From: Promethearchaeota archaeon
GTDB taxonomy: Archaea; Asgardarchaeota; Lokiarchaeia; Sigyniarchaeales; SOKP01
DNA length: 64,000 nucleotides
NCBI GenBank assembly: GCA_016926735.1
Contig: JAFGOA010000223.1
Span: forward strand, 35,147-99,146
Direction of reading: 5' to 3'
In this document: positions 8,217 to 19,238 of the stretch, piece after piece
Layout: each line of letters begins with the position of its first letter
Numbering within the stretch: position 1 is the first letter of the stretch
The notes under the pieces: generated by a model
Told to the model about the DNA's origin: nothing
Seen by the model: the letters and a program-made list of their open reading frames with translations, nothing else
Databases searched by the model: none
Translations under genes and position numbers: made by a program

Positions 8217-10850
8217 TTATTCTCTTTTTAGAATTTGTGAATTTTGAGTTGTGTATACAAACAATATAATTAGTATCATTGGTATAATCCCAATAAAAAT
8301 GATACTATATATTCCTTCTAAAAGGGTACTATCAAAAACTATTGGTATAAATAGAGTACCGAAAACATTGAAACAATAGTGAATAATAATACAAGGGATC
8401 AAGCTTCTTGTCTTAAAATAGGTATAAGATAGGGTAATACCCATAAATGAAGCATATATTATTTGTTCAACTGTTGATAAAGGAGATTCACCAATAAGTG
8501 TTAGAAAATTGATTAGATGAGATAATCCAAATAGGAGTCCACACATTATAATGGTATTAATAGTATTATATTTTTCTTTAAATATTGATGTATTTATCCC
8601 TCGGAATGCTATCTCTTCCCAAATAGCTGGAATTAACATATATAGGAAAATAAAAGCTCCAAGTCCAAAATAGACCGTATCTAAAATATGGAAAATCCTA
8701 TCAAAACTAAATGTATAGTTACCAAATATTAAACTTCCCATATATAATGAGAATACAATGATTAAAAAGGATATGATTCCAATTAAAATATTTTTTATAT
8801 AGTTTTGTTTGTTAGTAATTTTGATATCCTTTAAATATTGGTTTAATTTTTTCGATCCATATGGAAGTGACAACCATTTAGGAACTATTATAATAAAAAT
8901 TAATGCTAAAACGCTAAATTCTGTAATTGGACCAACTATTCTCCTTATATTATTAAAACCTATTGGATCTATTATTGGATTTATGAATAATGATATTGTT
9001 AAATAGATTAAATTCAATACAATAAAGGGTAAACACCAATATAAAAGCAAAACAGCAATAGCTCCAAAAATAGGATTTTTTCTCAATGATCCTCCTGTTA
9101 TATATGATTTATATCCTTTAAAAGAAGGAAACATCTTATCGAATGCAACAAATAACACACATAAAATTATTCCACCAATAAGTAACATAGCAGATGCTAA
9201 GAACCAAACTTCCATATATATTGAAGCTAAAACCATTATTATCGTAAAATTCAAGAATACAAGTCCTAAATTCATAAGACCAATTAGAAGCCATTTTCTT
9301 ATCTTCTTTTCTTTATAGATTTCTTCTGTAATATATTTATATTTCATTTTGCCAAAAAGCATTATTTTCATCATAAATGCGATAAAAAGAAATCCTAAGG
9401 ATATAGGCAATGCACATAATCCTACTATCACAACCCAAAAGCTTTGTATGATTATTGAAGCGAATATAGTAGACACAATAAATGAAATTGATTGTATTAT
9501 GATCATTAGTATTAATTTTGCTTTTGCTTGATCTCTTGGAAGAATTGGTAAGGAAGAGGTAATTGCAAATCCTGATTCTTCCATATTCATCAATCCCATC
9601 ACAAGCATAAGTGGATTCATAGTACTTATTATAAGTAAACTAACCATTAAAAATGATAATAGTTGTATATTAAGATCTGATACTTCTGTTAATCCTGAAG
9701 AGAATGAAATGATCATAATAATGGTCATGATCATTGGCATGATTAATAACATAGCTGATTGAGGATCTCTTGCAGCTGTTGTCAAATCTTTTTTAATATA
9801 TGCTTTTATTGGACCATATTTTGCTACCTCAATCTTTATTTCTTCAATATTTAGATCTTCGATTTTTCTTTTATATTTCTTTTCTTTTCGCCCTCCAATA
9901 ACAGCTGATAATGATTTTAATGCTTTTCTACTCATAAGATATGTTATTCCTAAAAATAATAGAAATCCAATAGTAGAAGTCGCCCATAATGATAATGATG
10001 TATTTGTTGGAGATATAAATAATGATATGAAATAAATTGGCGCGAAAGGATATGGAATTAAACTCAATATAAGGTTCCAAATATTTGTATATGGAGATAA
10101 CGAAAAATAAGCAAGAGTACCTTCTAATGTAAAAAATACTAATTGTAATGTAATATTCATTCCAATAGAAAGACCAATAATCACACTAAATACTAAAATT
10201 TTCATTCTTGTAGATTTTTTTGAAGTGGTTTCAGGATTGAATATTACTCTGCTTACTCTTTCTCCAATGAAAATTAAGAAACATAAACAAAAAATGGCAT
10301 TTGGAATTGAAATTAAGAAACTTAAAAATGTTAATACTAAATTATGGGTAAATATAAACATCATTATTGGTATAGCTAAGCATAATGAAATTAATTGGAG
10401 ATCTATACTCCTAAATAAAGTCATGAAAGCATATTTTCTCAATTTTGGTTTTGATATTGGCAATGTTCTTAACCAATAGAAAGATTCACCCGACATATAT
10501 GCTCCCATTGTATATAATCCAAATAAAACTAGATATGATAAATAGGATGTCATTAGTATAGAAAAAATTATTCCATAAGTGATTACTGTTATTTCCATAT
10601 TACTATTGGGAACCAATAAATCTAAAACATTAGGACCACTTACAAGATATATTAATGGTAATAAAACTATCATAAAAGAACTAATTATTTTAAGGAGCAC
10701 TACCATATTACCTATATATTTCTTATTTTTCTCACATTTTTCCAAAAAACTGGCTTGTCTTGAACCTGCTTGTTTCATTTGGGCTTCATAAAAAACCTCG
10801 TGAGAAATAAATTTCGCCATAGAATAATATTCTATAAATTTGTTTTTCAT
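8217..10850 (-). CDS. ABC exporter permease fused to a C-terminal CPBP (CAAX/Abi) intramembrane protease domain
   Basis: Multi-TM protein downstream of an ABC ATPase; C-terminal EEIAFRG, FGLSH and IIHYCFN CPBP motifs. Confidence 0.8.
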   Translation of the reverse strand: MKNKFIEYYSMAKFISHEVFYEAQMKQAGSRQASFLEKCEKNKKYIGNMVVLLKIISSFMIVLLPLIYLVSGPNVLDLLVPNSNMEITVITYGIIFSILMTSYLSYLVLFGLYTMGAYMSGESFYWLRTLPISKPKLRKYAFMTLFRSIDLQLISLCLAIPIMMFIFTHNLVLTFLSFLISIPNAIFCLCFLIFIGERVSRVIFNPETTSKKSTRMKILVFSVIIGLSIGMNITLQLVFFTLEGTLAYFSLSPYTNIWNLILSLIPYPFAPIYFISLFISPTNTSLSLWATSTIGFLLFLGITYLMSRKALKSLSAVIGGRKEKKYKRKIEDLNIEEIKIEVAKYGPIKAYIKKDLTTAARDPQSAMLLIMPMIMTIIMIISFSSGLTEVSDLNIQLLSFLMVSLLIISTMNPLMLVMGLMNMEESGFAITSSLPILPRDQAKAKLILMIIIQSISFIVSTIFASIIIQSFWVVIVGLCALPISLGFLFIAFMMKIMLFGKMKYKYITEEIYKEKKIRKWLLIGLMNLGLVFLNFTIIMVLASIYMEVWFLASAMLLIGGIILCVLFVAFDKMFPSFKGYKSYITGGSLRKNPIFGAIAVLLLYWCLPFIVLNLIYLTISLFINPIIDPIGFNNIRRIVGPITEFSVLALIFIIIVPKWLSLPYGSKKLNQYLKDIKITNKQNYIKNILIGIISFLIIVFSLYMGSLIFGNYTFSFDRIFHILDTVYFGLGAFIFLYMLIPAIWEEIAFRGINTSIFKEKYNTINTIIMCGLLFGLSHLINFLTLIGESPLSTVEQIIYASFMGITLSYTYFKTRSLIPCIIIHYCFNVFGTLFIPIVFDSTLLEGIYSIIFIGIIPMILIILFVYTTQNSQILKRE

Positions 10851-10865
10851 ATAGGTTTGCCTCTG

Positions 10866-11678
10866 TTATTTATTATTAAAAGATTCTCGTAATTTTTTTA
10901 TAATTTCCATTACAGAGATATCTTGATCAGTTAATCTTAAAAACACATCTTCTAAACTTGCTCCTAATTTATTTGATTGTTTGCGTAATTCATCTATAGT
11001 GCCTATTCCTACCATTTTACCTTTACTAATGATTCCAATCCTATCACATAGTTCTTCAGCTATTTTCATAATATGGGTCGAAAATAAAACAGCTCCTCCA
11101 TTCTCTATATGCATATCTAATATTTCCTTAAAGACTTTAACTGATTTTGCATCCAATCCTGCTAAAGGTTCATCTAAAATCAATATTTTTGGATTATGTA
11201 TTATTGAAGCGATAATTTGCATTTTTTGCTTATTTCCATGAGATAATGTATCTAAAATTTGTTCATAATATTGAATTGCTTCAAAACTTTCTAAATATTC
11301 TCGTAACATCTTTTGTGTCTTGGAAGGATTTAATTTTCTTATTGAGGATATAAAATTAAATAAATCCTTTGTAGTTAAAGATCTAAATATCAATGGTTCT
11401 TCAGCAACATATCCAATGTGCTCTTTTATTTTAACATCTTCTCTTTGAGGGTTCATTCCAAAAATATTTATACTTCCTTCATTTGGTTCTAGAAGGCCTA
11501 GTAGTAATTTAATAGTTGTAGTTTTTCCTGCTCCATTTGGTCCTAATAAACCAAATATTTCTCCTTTTTTAACATTAAATGAAATACCATCAACGGCTTT
11601 AGTTTGAACATGTTGATTATTTATATTTTGTTCAAAATATTTTTTCAAATCTTGAACTTGAATTAATGTTTCTGTCAT
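10866..11678 (-). CDS. ABC transporter ATP-binding protein
   Basis: GPNGAGKTT, LSHGNKQK, ILDEP, H-loop. Confidence 0.95.
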   Translation of the reverse strand: MTETLIQVQDLKKYFEQNINNQHVQTKAVDGISFNVKKGEIFGLLGPNGAGKTTTIKLLLGLLEPNEGSINIFGMNPQREDVKIKEHIGYVAEEPLIFRSLTTKDLFNFISSIRKLNPSKTQKMLREYLESFEAIQYYEQILDTLSHGNKQKMQIIASIIHNPKILILDEPLAGLDAKSVKVFKEILDMHIENGGAVLFSTHIMKIAEELCDRIGIISKGKMVGIGTIDELRKQSNKLGASLEDVFLRLTDQDISVMEIIKKLRESFNNK

Positions 11679-11857
11679 TTTTTCTCAATTTAAATTAATA
11701 TTAGTTAATATATGTCAATATATTACACTATATAAATATTATTATTCGTACGTATATTACTCTTAGATGTCTTATATTATATATTTAATAATAAAATAAT
11801 TGTAATAAGAAAGAAATATATTTATATATTTTCTATTAGGGGGAATTAGAATAAAAA

Positions 11858-12799
11858 TCATTTTTCTCTAATAATCATAATTATAGAGAGTACTATAATA
11901 ATCGTACCAATTAAGTGATATATTGTAAATAATTCTCCTAAAATAATCATTGAAAAAATAGCTGTTACAATTGGGGTAGGTGCCATTATGATTGTTGCTT
12001 TAGAGACCTCTAGATAATTAAGTGATGAATACCAGCATAAAAGATCAATTCCATAAGCTAATGCCATAGCAATGAAAATTAATTGATTATAGGGATTTAA
12101 AAACAATTTAAAATTTTCTATTGGAAAAAAGATTATATAAAGAATAATTATAAAAATTCCATTCATAAAATTTCGGAATAGAACCAATTGACTGGGTAAA
12201 ATTTGAGAATTGTTTAATATTGGTTTAGTTATAGAATGAGCTAGCATCCATAACATTGATGTAATTATTATTAGAATTACTCCTAAATTAAAATTAAGAA
12301 GATTGAATTGACCTTGAGTTGTTGAAATAATCAGCCCTGTCATTAATATAAACGAGAAAAATATTTGTTTCCGAGTCACTTTTTCTTGATTAATTAAATA
12401 TCCAAATAGCAATCCAAAAAGAATAGTAGTTTTTTGAGTGAGAGCTCCATTCACAGCTCCTGCTATATCAAGCCCAGTAAAATATAGAATTTGTGAGATA
12501 GAAAAGCTTATTCCGATATATAGTAGAAAATTAGCATTTTTCTTTTTTTTCCAACTATATAGAAGTGAATTATTCAAATGAAATTGATTTGGTTCTTTTA
12601 AAAGTTGATTTTTTAGTTTTCTTCTATGAATTAACGTTATAGGAATAAAAAGTATTGCTTGATAGAGACACGTTATCCCTGTAAAAAAATAAGGATCTAA
12701 AGCCTCATCACGACCTAAAGCAATAATGGGTTGTAGTCCAACTAAAATCATAGCTATGAAGGCATATGATAAACCAATACTTAATTTTTTATTTTTCAC
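11858..12799 (-). CDS. DMT/EamA family transporter
   Basis: About 10 TM in two repeats; FSMIILGELFT...IGTIII C-terminal signature. Confidence 0.85.
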   Translation of the reverse strand: MKNKKLSIGLSYAFIAMILVGLQPIIALGRDEALDPYFFTGITCLYQAILFIPITLIHRRKLKNQLLKEPNQFHLNNSLLYSWKKKKNANFLLYIGISFSISQILYFTGLDIAGAVNGALTQKTTILFGLLFGYLINQEKVTRKQIFFSFILMTGLIISTTQGQFNLLNFNLGVILIIITSMLWMLAHSITKPILNNSQILPSQLVLFRNFMNGIFIIILYIIFFPIENFKLFLNPYNQLIFIAMALAYGIDLLCWYSSLNYLEVSKATIIMAPTPIVTAIFSMIILGELFTIYHLIGTIIIVLSIIMIIREK

Positions 12800-13005
12800 G
12801 CTACAATTTGAAATCTGGCAAGGTTAATGAATTTTTAGAAATTATTCACATCGATAAAAGTAATAGTCTGTAATTATTTTTCTCTTGACGTCGATTTGTA
12901 AAAATTATCTTCGGTGATTTATTTGTTACAGTTATCTGAAATTTATAAAAGAATATAAATATAGGATTTTTATATATAACCAAATTTTGACATAAGTGAA
13001 AAGTT

Positions 13006-15192
13006 TTGATATTAGGAGAATTAAGATACAATCATCAAAATATGAAAAGAGGGTATACAAACAGAACTCTTTATATTAATCTTACCAAAAAGGAAATTAA
13101 AATAAAATCTGTCTCTGATGAAATGAAAGAGAAATTTATTGGAGGAAGGGGTTTTGATATTTGGTTAATGTGGAATAGTTTACCAAAAGATCGAATAGTC
13201 AAGTGGAATGATCCTGAAAATGAAATATGTTTGGCAACTGGGCCTCTTGGTGCATCTACGTATTATCCTGGAGGGGGAAAATCAATAGTTACTTCAATAT
13301 CTCCTTTAACAGGTATAATTATCGATAGTAATGTAGGAGGTTATTTTGGGTCATATTCGAAATATTCTGGTTTCGATGCAATTGAGATTCAAGGTAAAGC
13401 AGAAAAAGAAGTTCTCATCTTTATAAATGGACAGGATCATATTATTCAATTAATAGAAGCAAATGATTTTGAAGAATTATCCGATAATTCCCATTTGCTT
13501 ACCCAACAATTAACAGAAAAATTTGCAAAAGAACCCTCAGAAAAAGAAAAACAATTAGTTTCAGTTGTATCTACAGGACCAGGCGCTAAATATACAAGAT
13601 GGGGATTGTTAAATTTCTCTTGGTATAATAGGAAAAGAAAATGGGCTTCATGTAAACAAGCAGGTCGAGGAGGGATTGGAACTGTTTTTGCAGATAAAAA
13701 AATTAAAGCGCTTATATGTAGGGCTCCTATTTATGATGTAAAAAGAAATAACCCAGCGAATCCAGAGAAATTAGCAGAGTTAGGTAAGAAACATAATAAA
13801 AATATCATAAAATTTGATCCTACAATGAATCAAATGAGATTTGTTGGAACTGGCTATCTACCTGATATTATGAATATAACCGACCTACTTCCAACTGAGA
13901 ATTATCGTTTTGGACAACATAGAGAAATTAAGGATAAAAATATTCCATACAAAAGACAAGTATGGTTTGAATTATTTGGAGAGCATACCGGAAAAGGAGC
14001 GGATGGGTGTTGGCTTGGATGTTCTGTGAGCTGTTCACATTGGATTAGTGATTATGAAGTTATGACAGGACCTTTTAAGGGTCAGAAAGTTATAGTTGAT
14101 GGTCCTGAATATGAAACAATTGCAGGATGTGGTTCCAATTGGGGTGTGTGGGATCCAAAATGGGTAGTAGAAGTAAATTTTTATTGTGATACCTATGGTC
14201 TAGATACAATTGGAGTTGGTACTGGTATAGCATTTGTAATGGAATGTTATGAAGAAGGGATAGTTAATAAAGATATTACTGGGGGTCTTGAATTAAATTT
14301 TGGGAATATTGAGGCTGCTATAGAATTAATACATCAAATGGCTCGAGGAGAAGGATTTGGTGTTGTTGTTGGTCAAGGAATAAAGAAAATGAAAAAGAAA
14401 TTTGCAGAAGAATACGGAGGAGATCCTCAATTTTTACAAGATATTGGAATGGAACATAAAGGATTAGAATTTTCAGAATATATAACAAAAGAAAGTCTTA
14501 CTCAGCAAGGAGGTTATGGTTTAACAAATAAAGGACCTCAACATGATGAAGCGTGGTTAATTTTTGAAGATATTGTACGACACTCAATACCTACTTTTGA
14601 AGATAAGGCAAAAGCACTCTATTGGTTTCCCCTTTGGAGAACATGGTTTGGGTTATGTGGACTATGTAAATTACCTTGGAATGATGTTCCTCCTCCATCT
14701 AATTTTGAATTACCTATTAAAATGGCCGGTGAATTACTCCAAGCTAAAATCCCACAACATGTTCAATGGTATGCTGATTATTTTTCAGCAGTAACAGGAA
14801 TTCATACAGAACCAGATGATTTGATACAAATGTCTGAGAGAGTATATAATCTTCAGAGAATTTTTAATATAAGACAAGGTAAAGGACTAAAGGAGCATGA
14901 TTCAAATTTACCATATCGAGCAATGGGACCGGTAACAAAAATGGAATATGAAAGTCGACAAGAAAGATATGATAATCAATTAAAAGAACTTGAAATAGAT
15001 GTGAAAGACCTATCAACTGAGGAGAAAATGAAGATTCTAAGAAAAAATAGAGAAATTCAATATTTTAAACTTCAAGAAGCAGTATACGAGAAAAGAGGAT
15101 GGAATGCTTTTGGTTGCCCAACTATCGATCTTTTAAAAAGATTGGAAATAAATTATGAAGATCTTATCCATGTAATTAAACCATATCAGTAA
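13006..15192 (+). CDS. aor: Tungsten-type aldehyde:ferredoxin oxidoreductase family protein
   Basis: FIGGRG, SPLTG..DSNVGG, AGRGGIG, CWLGC, DGPEYET, CDTYGLDTI, LFNIR-like motif; start could be ATG 13042. Confidence 0.92.
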   Translation: MILGELRYNHQNMKRGYTNRTLYINLTKKEIKIKSVSDEMKEKFIGGRGFDIWLMWNSLPKDRIVKWNDPENEICLATGPLGASTYYPGGGKSIVTSISPLTGIIIDSNVGGYFGSYSKYSGFDAIEIQGKAEKEVLIFINGQDHIIQLIEANDFEELSDNSHLLTQQLTEKFAKEPSEKEKQLVSVVSTGPGAKYTRWGLLNFSWYNRKRKWASCKQAGRGGIGTVFADKKIKALICRAPIYDVKRNNPANPEKLAELGKKHNKNIIKFDPTMNQMRFVGTGYLPDIMNITDLLPTENYRFGQHREIKDKNIPYKRQVWFELFGEHTGKGADGCWLGCSVSCSHWISDYEVMTGPFKGQKVIVDGPEYETIAGCGSNWGVWDPKWVVEVNFYCDTYGLDTIGVGTGIAFVMECYEEGIVNKDITGGLELNFGNIEAAIELIHQMARGEGFGVVVGQGIKKMKKKFAEEYGGDPQFLQDIGMEHKGLEFSEYITKESLTQQGGYGLTNKGPQHDEAWLIFEDIVRHSIPTFEDKAKALYWFPLWRTWFGLCGLCKLPWNDVPPPSNFELPIKMAGELLQAKIPQHVQWYADYFSAVTGIHTEPDDLIQMSERVYNLQRIFNIRQGKGLKEHDSNLPYRAMGPVTKMEYESRQERYDNQLKELEIDVKDLSTEEKMKILRKNREIQYFKLQEAVYEKRGWNAFGCPTIDLLKRLEINYEDLIHVIKPYQ

Positions 15193-15229
15193 AAATTGGG
15201 TTATAAAAATTTTAAATTTTCTTTTTCTT

Positions 15230-17365
15230 TTAAAAATTTACAATAAGGAAATAGCCCCAATTAACAATAGATCCAATTATAATTGCTATAGTTATTTCAA
15301 GTAGTGAAATTTGAAGTGCATATTTCCAATTGGTCTGTTTTGCAATTATAATAATAGTTGCAAAACAAGGAATATATAACATCGTTACCAGACTAAAAAC
15401 GAACATCTGAATTGGACTTAACAATAACGAAACCGAACCAACCCCAATTGAGACAGCTAAAACTTCAAGTAATGCAAAAGTTAGCTCTTTCCTTAGTATA
15501 CCGTAAATTAAAAATATGCCTGTTACTGCTGGGAGTCCCAAACAAAAGACAGTTATTGGAGTAAGTATAATATTTACAGACTCTAATACGCTGAAGATAT
15601 ACATCACTTCTAATAAAATACCGATGAGTATAATTATCGGTAAAGATCTAAAAACAAATTCTCTTGTGCGTACCCATGTTTGTTTTATTATAACTCTTGT
15701 ATTTGGTTTTCGATATTCATGCATCTCCATGATTAATTCTGTACATTCACCCGGCATTGTCTTATTTAGTATCCGTCCAACAAAAATAATAACTATAAAA
15801 TTAATTAGAAATAATAGTCCTACGAATCCTATTCCAAGATATTCTCCAACTAATCCCATTACAACTACCATAGTTGCTGCACATGGAATTAATGAAGTTA
15901 AAGCAATAGAAATCTTTTTTTCTCTCTCTGTCTCCATAATCCTACATCCAGCACATGCAGGAACATTACATCCGAAACCTAATATCATAGTGATAATTGT
16001 TTTACCATGTACACCTAAAACATGCATAAATTTATCTAATAAAAAAGCAGCTCTAGGTAAATACCCTGAATCCTGTAAAATTTCAATCAATAAAAAGAAA
16101 GGAATAACATATACTAATACTCCGCCTACTGCCCCAAAAAATCCTCCTACAGCACCTTCCCACAATATTTTTCCCGCAACTGTACTAGTATCTATATCTG
16201 TACTTAGATAAGTATATAATTGATCCACCAGTCCTCCCAGAAAATCCCCAATTATAAATGTAAAATAATATATTCCAATCAATACCAATGCTAATATTAC
16301 ATATCCCAAAATTGAATGTGTAGTTAGATGATCTATAATATCCGTAATAGATTGTTTCTTTGTTTCTTTTCTTGTGTCTATTATTAGAATACTATCAATT
16401 ATTTTGTTGATATTTTGATATATCTCTGAAGATATAATAGTAGAGATCTCTTCTCCATGGTATTCTTCCAAATTTTTTCTATAATCCTTTGAAGTTTTAA
16501 TAATTTCTGAATTATGAATATCTTTTGATATTAATTTTTCTATTTCTCTATCATTTTCTAAAAGTTTTAAAGCTATAAACCGAGAAGGATAATGATATTT
16601 TTCAGTATCTCCTATATTTTGCTCAATATTATCTTCTAGCAATTGGATTTTCTCTTCAACTTCCTTACCAAATGAAAGTAAAGGTGATAAATCTGGAAAT
16701 TGAAATAATTCTCTGGATGATGTATTTAATTCTAATTTTGGATACATATGTTTGATTTTAAAATGATGGTGATGAGTTCTTCTTTTTTTTCTATGTTCTT
16801 TTTTATGTGGGTTAAATTTATGCTCATATATTAATTCTATAGCTTCTTCAAGCAATTGATATACTCCAACTCCATGAACAGCAACTACTGGAATAACAGG
16901 AACTTTAAATATTTGTTCAAACATTTCGAAATTAATGTCTTTATTTCTTTTTCTAAGTATATCCATTTGATTTACTGCGATTACAATTGGAATTTTTAAT
17001 TCAAGTAATTGAAATGTAAAAAATAAATTTCTTTCTAAATTGGTTGCGTCTATTACATTAATTATTAGATCTACCTCATCTGAGGCGATATATTCTCGAC
17101 TTACAATTTCCTCTAAAGAATATGCTGATAATGAGTATATTCCAGGTAAATCAACAATATTGATATTATGCCCCAAGAAATTAAGATGTCCTTCCATTTT
17201 TTCTACTGTCTTTCCTGGCCAATTTCCAATTGTCTGAGAAAGCCCTGTAAGTTGATTAAATATAACACTTTTCCCCACATTTGGATTTCCAGCTAAAGCA
17301 ATATTGATTTTATTTCCTATAAATTGATTTTTCTTTCTTTCTTTATGAGAACAACAATCTTTCAT
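15230..17365 (-). CDS. feoB: Ferrous iron transporter FeoB
   Basis: GNPNVGKS, NWPGKTVE, DLPGIYSL, GFGCNVPA, LYIPCFAT. Confidence 0.96.
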   Translation of the reverse strand: MKDCCSHKERKKNQFIGNKINIALAGNPNVGKSVIFNQLTGLSQTIGNWPGKTVEKMEGHLNFLGHNINIVDLPGIYSLSAYSLEEIVSREYIASDEVDLIINVIDATNLERNLFFTFQLLELKIPIVIAVNQMDILRKRNKDINFEMFEQIFKVPVIPVVAVHGVGVYQLLEEAIELIYEHKFNPHKKEHRKKRRTHHHHFKIKHMYPKLELNTSSRELFQFPDLSPLLSFGKEVEEKIQLLEDNIEQNIGDTEKYHYPSRFIALKLLENDREIEKLISKDIHNSEIIKTSKDYRKNLEEYHGEEISTIISSEIYQNINKIIDSILIIDTRKETKKQSITDIIDHLTTHSILGYVILALVLIGIYYFTFIIGDFLGGLVDQLYTYLSTDIDTSTVAGKILWEGAVGGFFGAVGGVLVYVIPFFLLIEILQDSGYLPRAAFLLDKFMHVLGVHGKTIITMILGFGCNVPACAGCRIMETEREKKISIALTSLIPCAATMVVVMGLVGEYLGIGFVGLLFLINFIVIIFVGRILNKTMPGECTELIMEMHEYRKPNTRVIIKQTWVRTREFVFRSLPIIILIGILLEVMYIFSVLESVNIILTPITVFCLGLPAVTGIFLIYGILRKELTFALLEVLAVSIGVGSVSLLLSPIQMFVFSLVTMLYIPCFATIIIIAKQTNWKYALQISLLEITIAIIIGSIVNWGYFLIVNF

Positions 17366-17490
17366 AAATATCAGATTTTTTTTAGTTTAATTAAGCTCTT
17401 TTTTTTAAAAATTTTAAGATTAAAAATATTTTGGAAGTGTTTTTAATGCAAAATCTTACTTTCCATCTATATATAAAAAATTTGTATTTT

Positions 17491-17790
17491 TTAAATATTA
17501 CATTCTTTATTACAATTTACTAATATTTTCGAAGCAATTCCTCTTCCAATGACAATTTTTGATCCTTTAACTTCGATCTCCAATGGTCCTCTAAGTGGTG
17601 CTTCTTTTTTTTTCTTAATTATTGATCCAGGAACAATTCCTAAATTAGCTAAATGATTTTTTGCTTTCATACCTGAGTTAACAGATAAAACTATAACATC
17701 CTCATTTTTCTGACATAATGTTAAGCATTTAATCAATGTTTTTCCTATCTTAGATATTTGATCTGAATCATTGAATTTAATTTCATTCAT
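17491..17790 (-). CDS. feoA: FeoA
   Basis: LANLGIVPG...APLRGP...IGRGIASKI, upstream of feoB. Confidence 0.9.
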   Translation of the reverse strand: MNEIKFNDSDQISKIGKTLIKCLTLCQKNEDVIVLSVNSGMKAKNHLANLGIVPGSIIKKKKEAPLRGPLEIEVKGSKIVIGRGIASKILVNCNKECNI

Positions 17791-17846
17791 AACTAAACAG
17801 TTTTTTATTCTATAATATAAAAATAGTTTTTATTATATTTAAACTT

Positions 17847-17860
17847 TTAGGCATGCCTAA
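17847..17860. promoter_or_regulatory. DtxR/IdeR-like metal box TTAGGCATGCCTAA
   Basis: Perfect 14-bp palindrome about 60 bp upstream of feoA; TTAG-N6-CTAA architecture. Confidence 0.7.
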
Positions 17861-18043
17861 TAAACAATATAAAATATCTTAATTTAAGATATTTAAATAA
17901 TTAAGAAATACTATTCTTATCAATAATATAAATATCTAATAAAATATTCACGGAAATCAAAAATTAATCGTATATTTTCCTAATTTCTCTTCTTTATTGT
18001 ATTTAATAAAAAATAGTTTTTGTTTATATAATTAATAATATCA

Positions 18044-18340
18044 TTAACCCATACAAATATTATTACAGCTTACAATAATTTTTGCTACCAAACCTCGTCC
18101 TAATACAATCTTAGTACCTTTGACAATTATTTCGACAGGACCATTAAATGGTGCTGATTTACTTTTTATAATCTTTACACCCGGAACAATTCCTAATGTT
18201 GCTAATCTTTGAGTTGCTGTACCTCCAGCATCCACTTTTATTACTTCTAGTTCATCACCAATCTCACATTCACCTAAACATTTAATTAATGAACTGCCCC
18301 TTTCTTTATTTAATATTGATTTTCTGTTTTGAATATCCAT
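18044..18340 (-). CDS. feoA: FeoA (second paralog)
   Basis: LATLGIVPG...APFNGP...LGRGLVAKI. Confidence 0.9.
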   Translation of the reverse strand: MDIQNRKSILNKERGSSLIKCLGECEIGDELEVIKVDAGGTATQRLATLGIVPGVKIIKSKSAPFNGPVEIIVKGTKIVLGRGLVAKIIVSCNNICMG

Positions 18341-18407
18341 TTTATTCTTATATAGAAAAAGTTTTTTCTTCTCTATGTATTGTTAATCATACTTGGTATT
18401 TAAATTA

Positions 18408-18421
18408 TTAGTGTTTCCTAA
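18408..18421. promoter_or_regulatory. Second, weaker DtxR-like box TTAGTGTTTCCTAA
   Basis: Same TTAG-N6-CTAA spacing at a similar distance upstream of the second feoA. Confidence 0.5.
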
Positions 18422-18765
18422 ATATAATATATTAATTCTTTTCCTTATAAAAGATAAACTGAAATAAATAAATATATTTGATTTTTAAAAAGAAATAATA
18501 AAAATCTTAAGAATAATATTGTTATTTTATTTAATTTGATAATATTTTGAATAATTATTTAAAAATTACTCCTTTTTTTCTCTTATGAATAATTATTCAG
18601 AAAAATAAAATAATAATGTTCATAATCTTGGATTATTAAATTTATTAATTTTAACACATAAAACTAGCAATAGCTATAAATAATTCTTAAATGATAAATT
18701 CAACATTGTATTCTTATCAATTTAATATCCGTATGAGGATATTTCATATTTTGAATTCTTTTTTA

Positions 18766-18785
18766 TTATGAATATATATTCATAA
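18766..18785. promoter_or_regulatory. Palindromic operator TTATGAATATATATTCATAA
   Basis: Perfect 20-bp palindrome; motif recurs at 18585, 20685 and 24007. Confidence 0.7.
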
Positions 18786-18831
18786 AACTTAAATATCATT
18801 ATATCTATTAATAACATAATAAATAAAAAAA

Positions 18832-19209
18832 GTGATTATAAAAATGCCAAGTGGAGATGGAACTGGTCCAAATGGTTTTGGACCAAGAACTGGAAGGGCG
18901 TTAGGATATTGTGCCGGATATAATGTACCTGGATATCTTAGGGGTCCTGGAAGAGGAGGTTTTAATAGAGGATTAGGCTTTGGAAGAAACTTTTATGGAA
19001 GGCGATTTGATTATCCCTTTCATAGAGGAGATCTATTAACTCCTATAAATCCAATTAATAATATAGGACTTAATTCAGAGATCACTCCTGAATCTAAAAT
19101 AGCTATTTTAAATAGAGAAAAAGAATATTTGGAGTCAGAAATGGAAAATCTTAAGACAATTATTGGTAATATTGAAAAAAATATCACTCAAATTAAAAAA
19201 CAAGAATAA
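18832..19209 (+). CDS. DUF5320-like Gly/Arg-rich protein
   Basis: MPSGDGTGPNGFGPRTGRALGYC N-terminus, RG-rich middle, coiled-coil C-terminus; likely start ATG 18844. Confidence 0.85.
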   Translation: MIIKMPSGDGTGPNGFGPRTGRALGYCAGYNVPGYLRGPGRGGFNRGLGFGRNFYGRRFDYPFHRGDLLTPINPINNIGLNSEITPESKIAILNREKEYLESEMENLKTIIGNIEKNITQIKKQE

Positions 19210-19238
19210 TTTATTTTATTTTTTATTTAATTTTAAAA

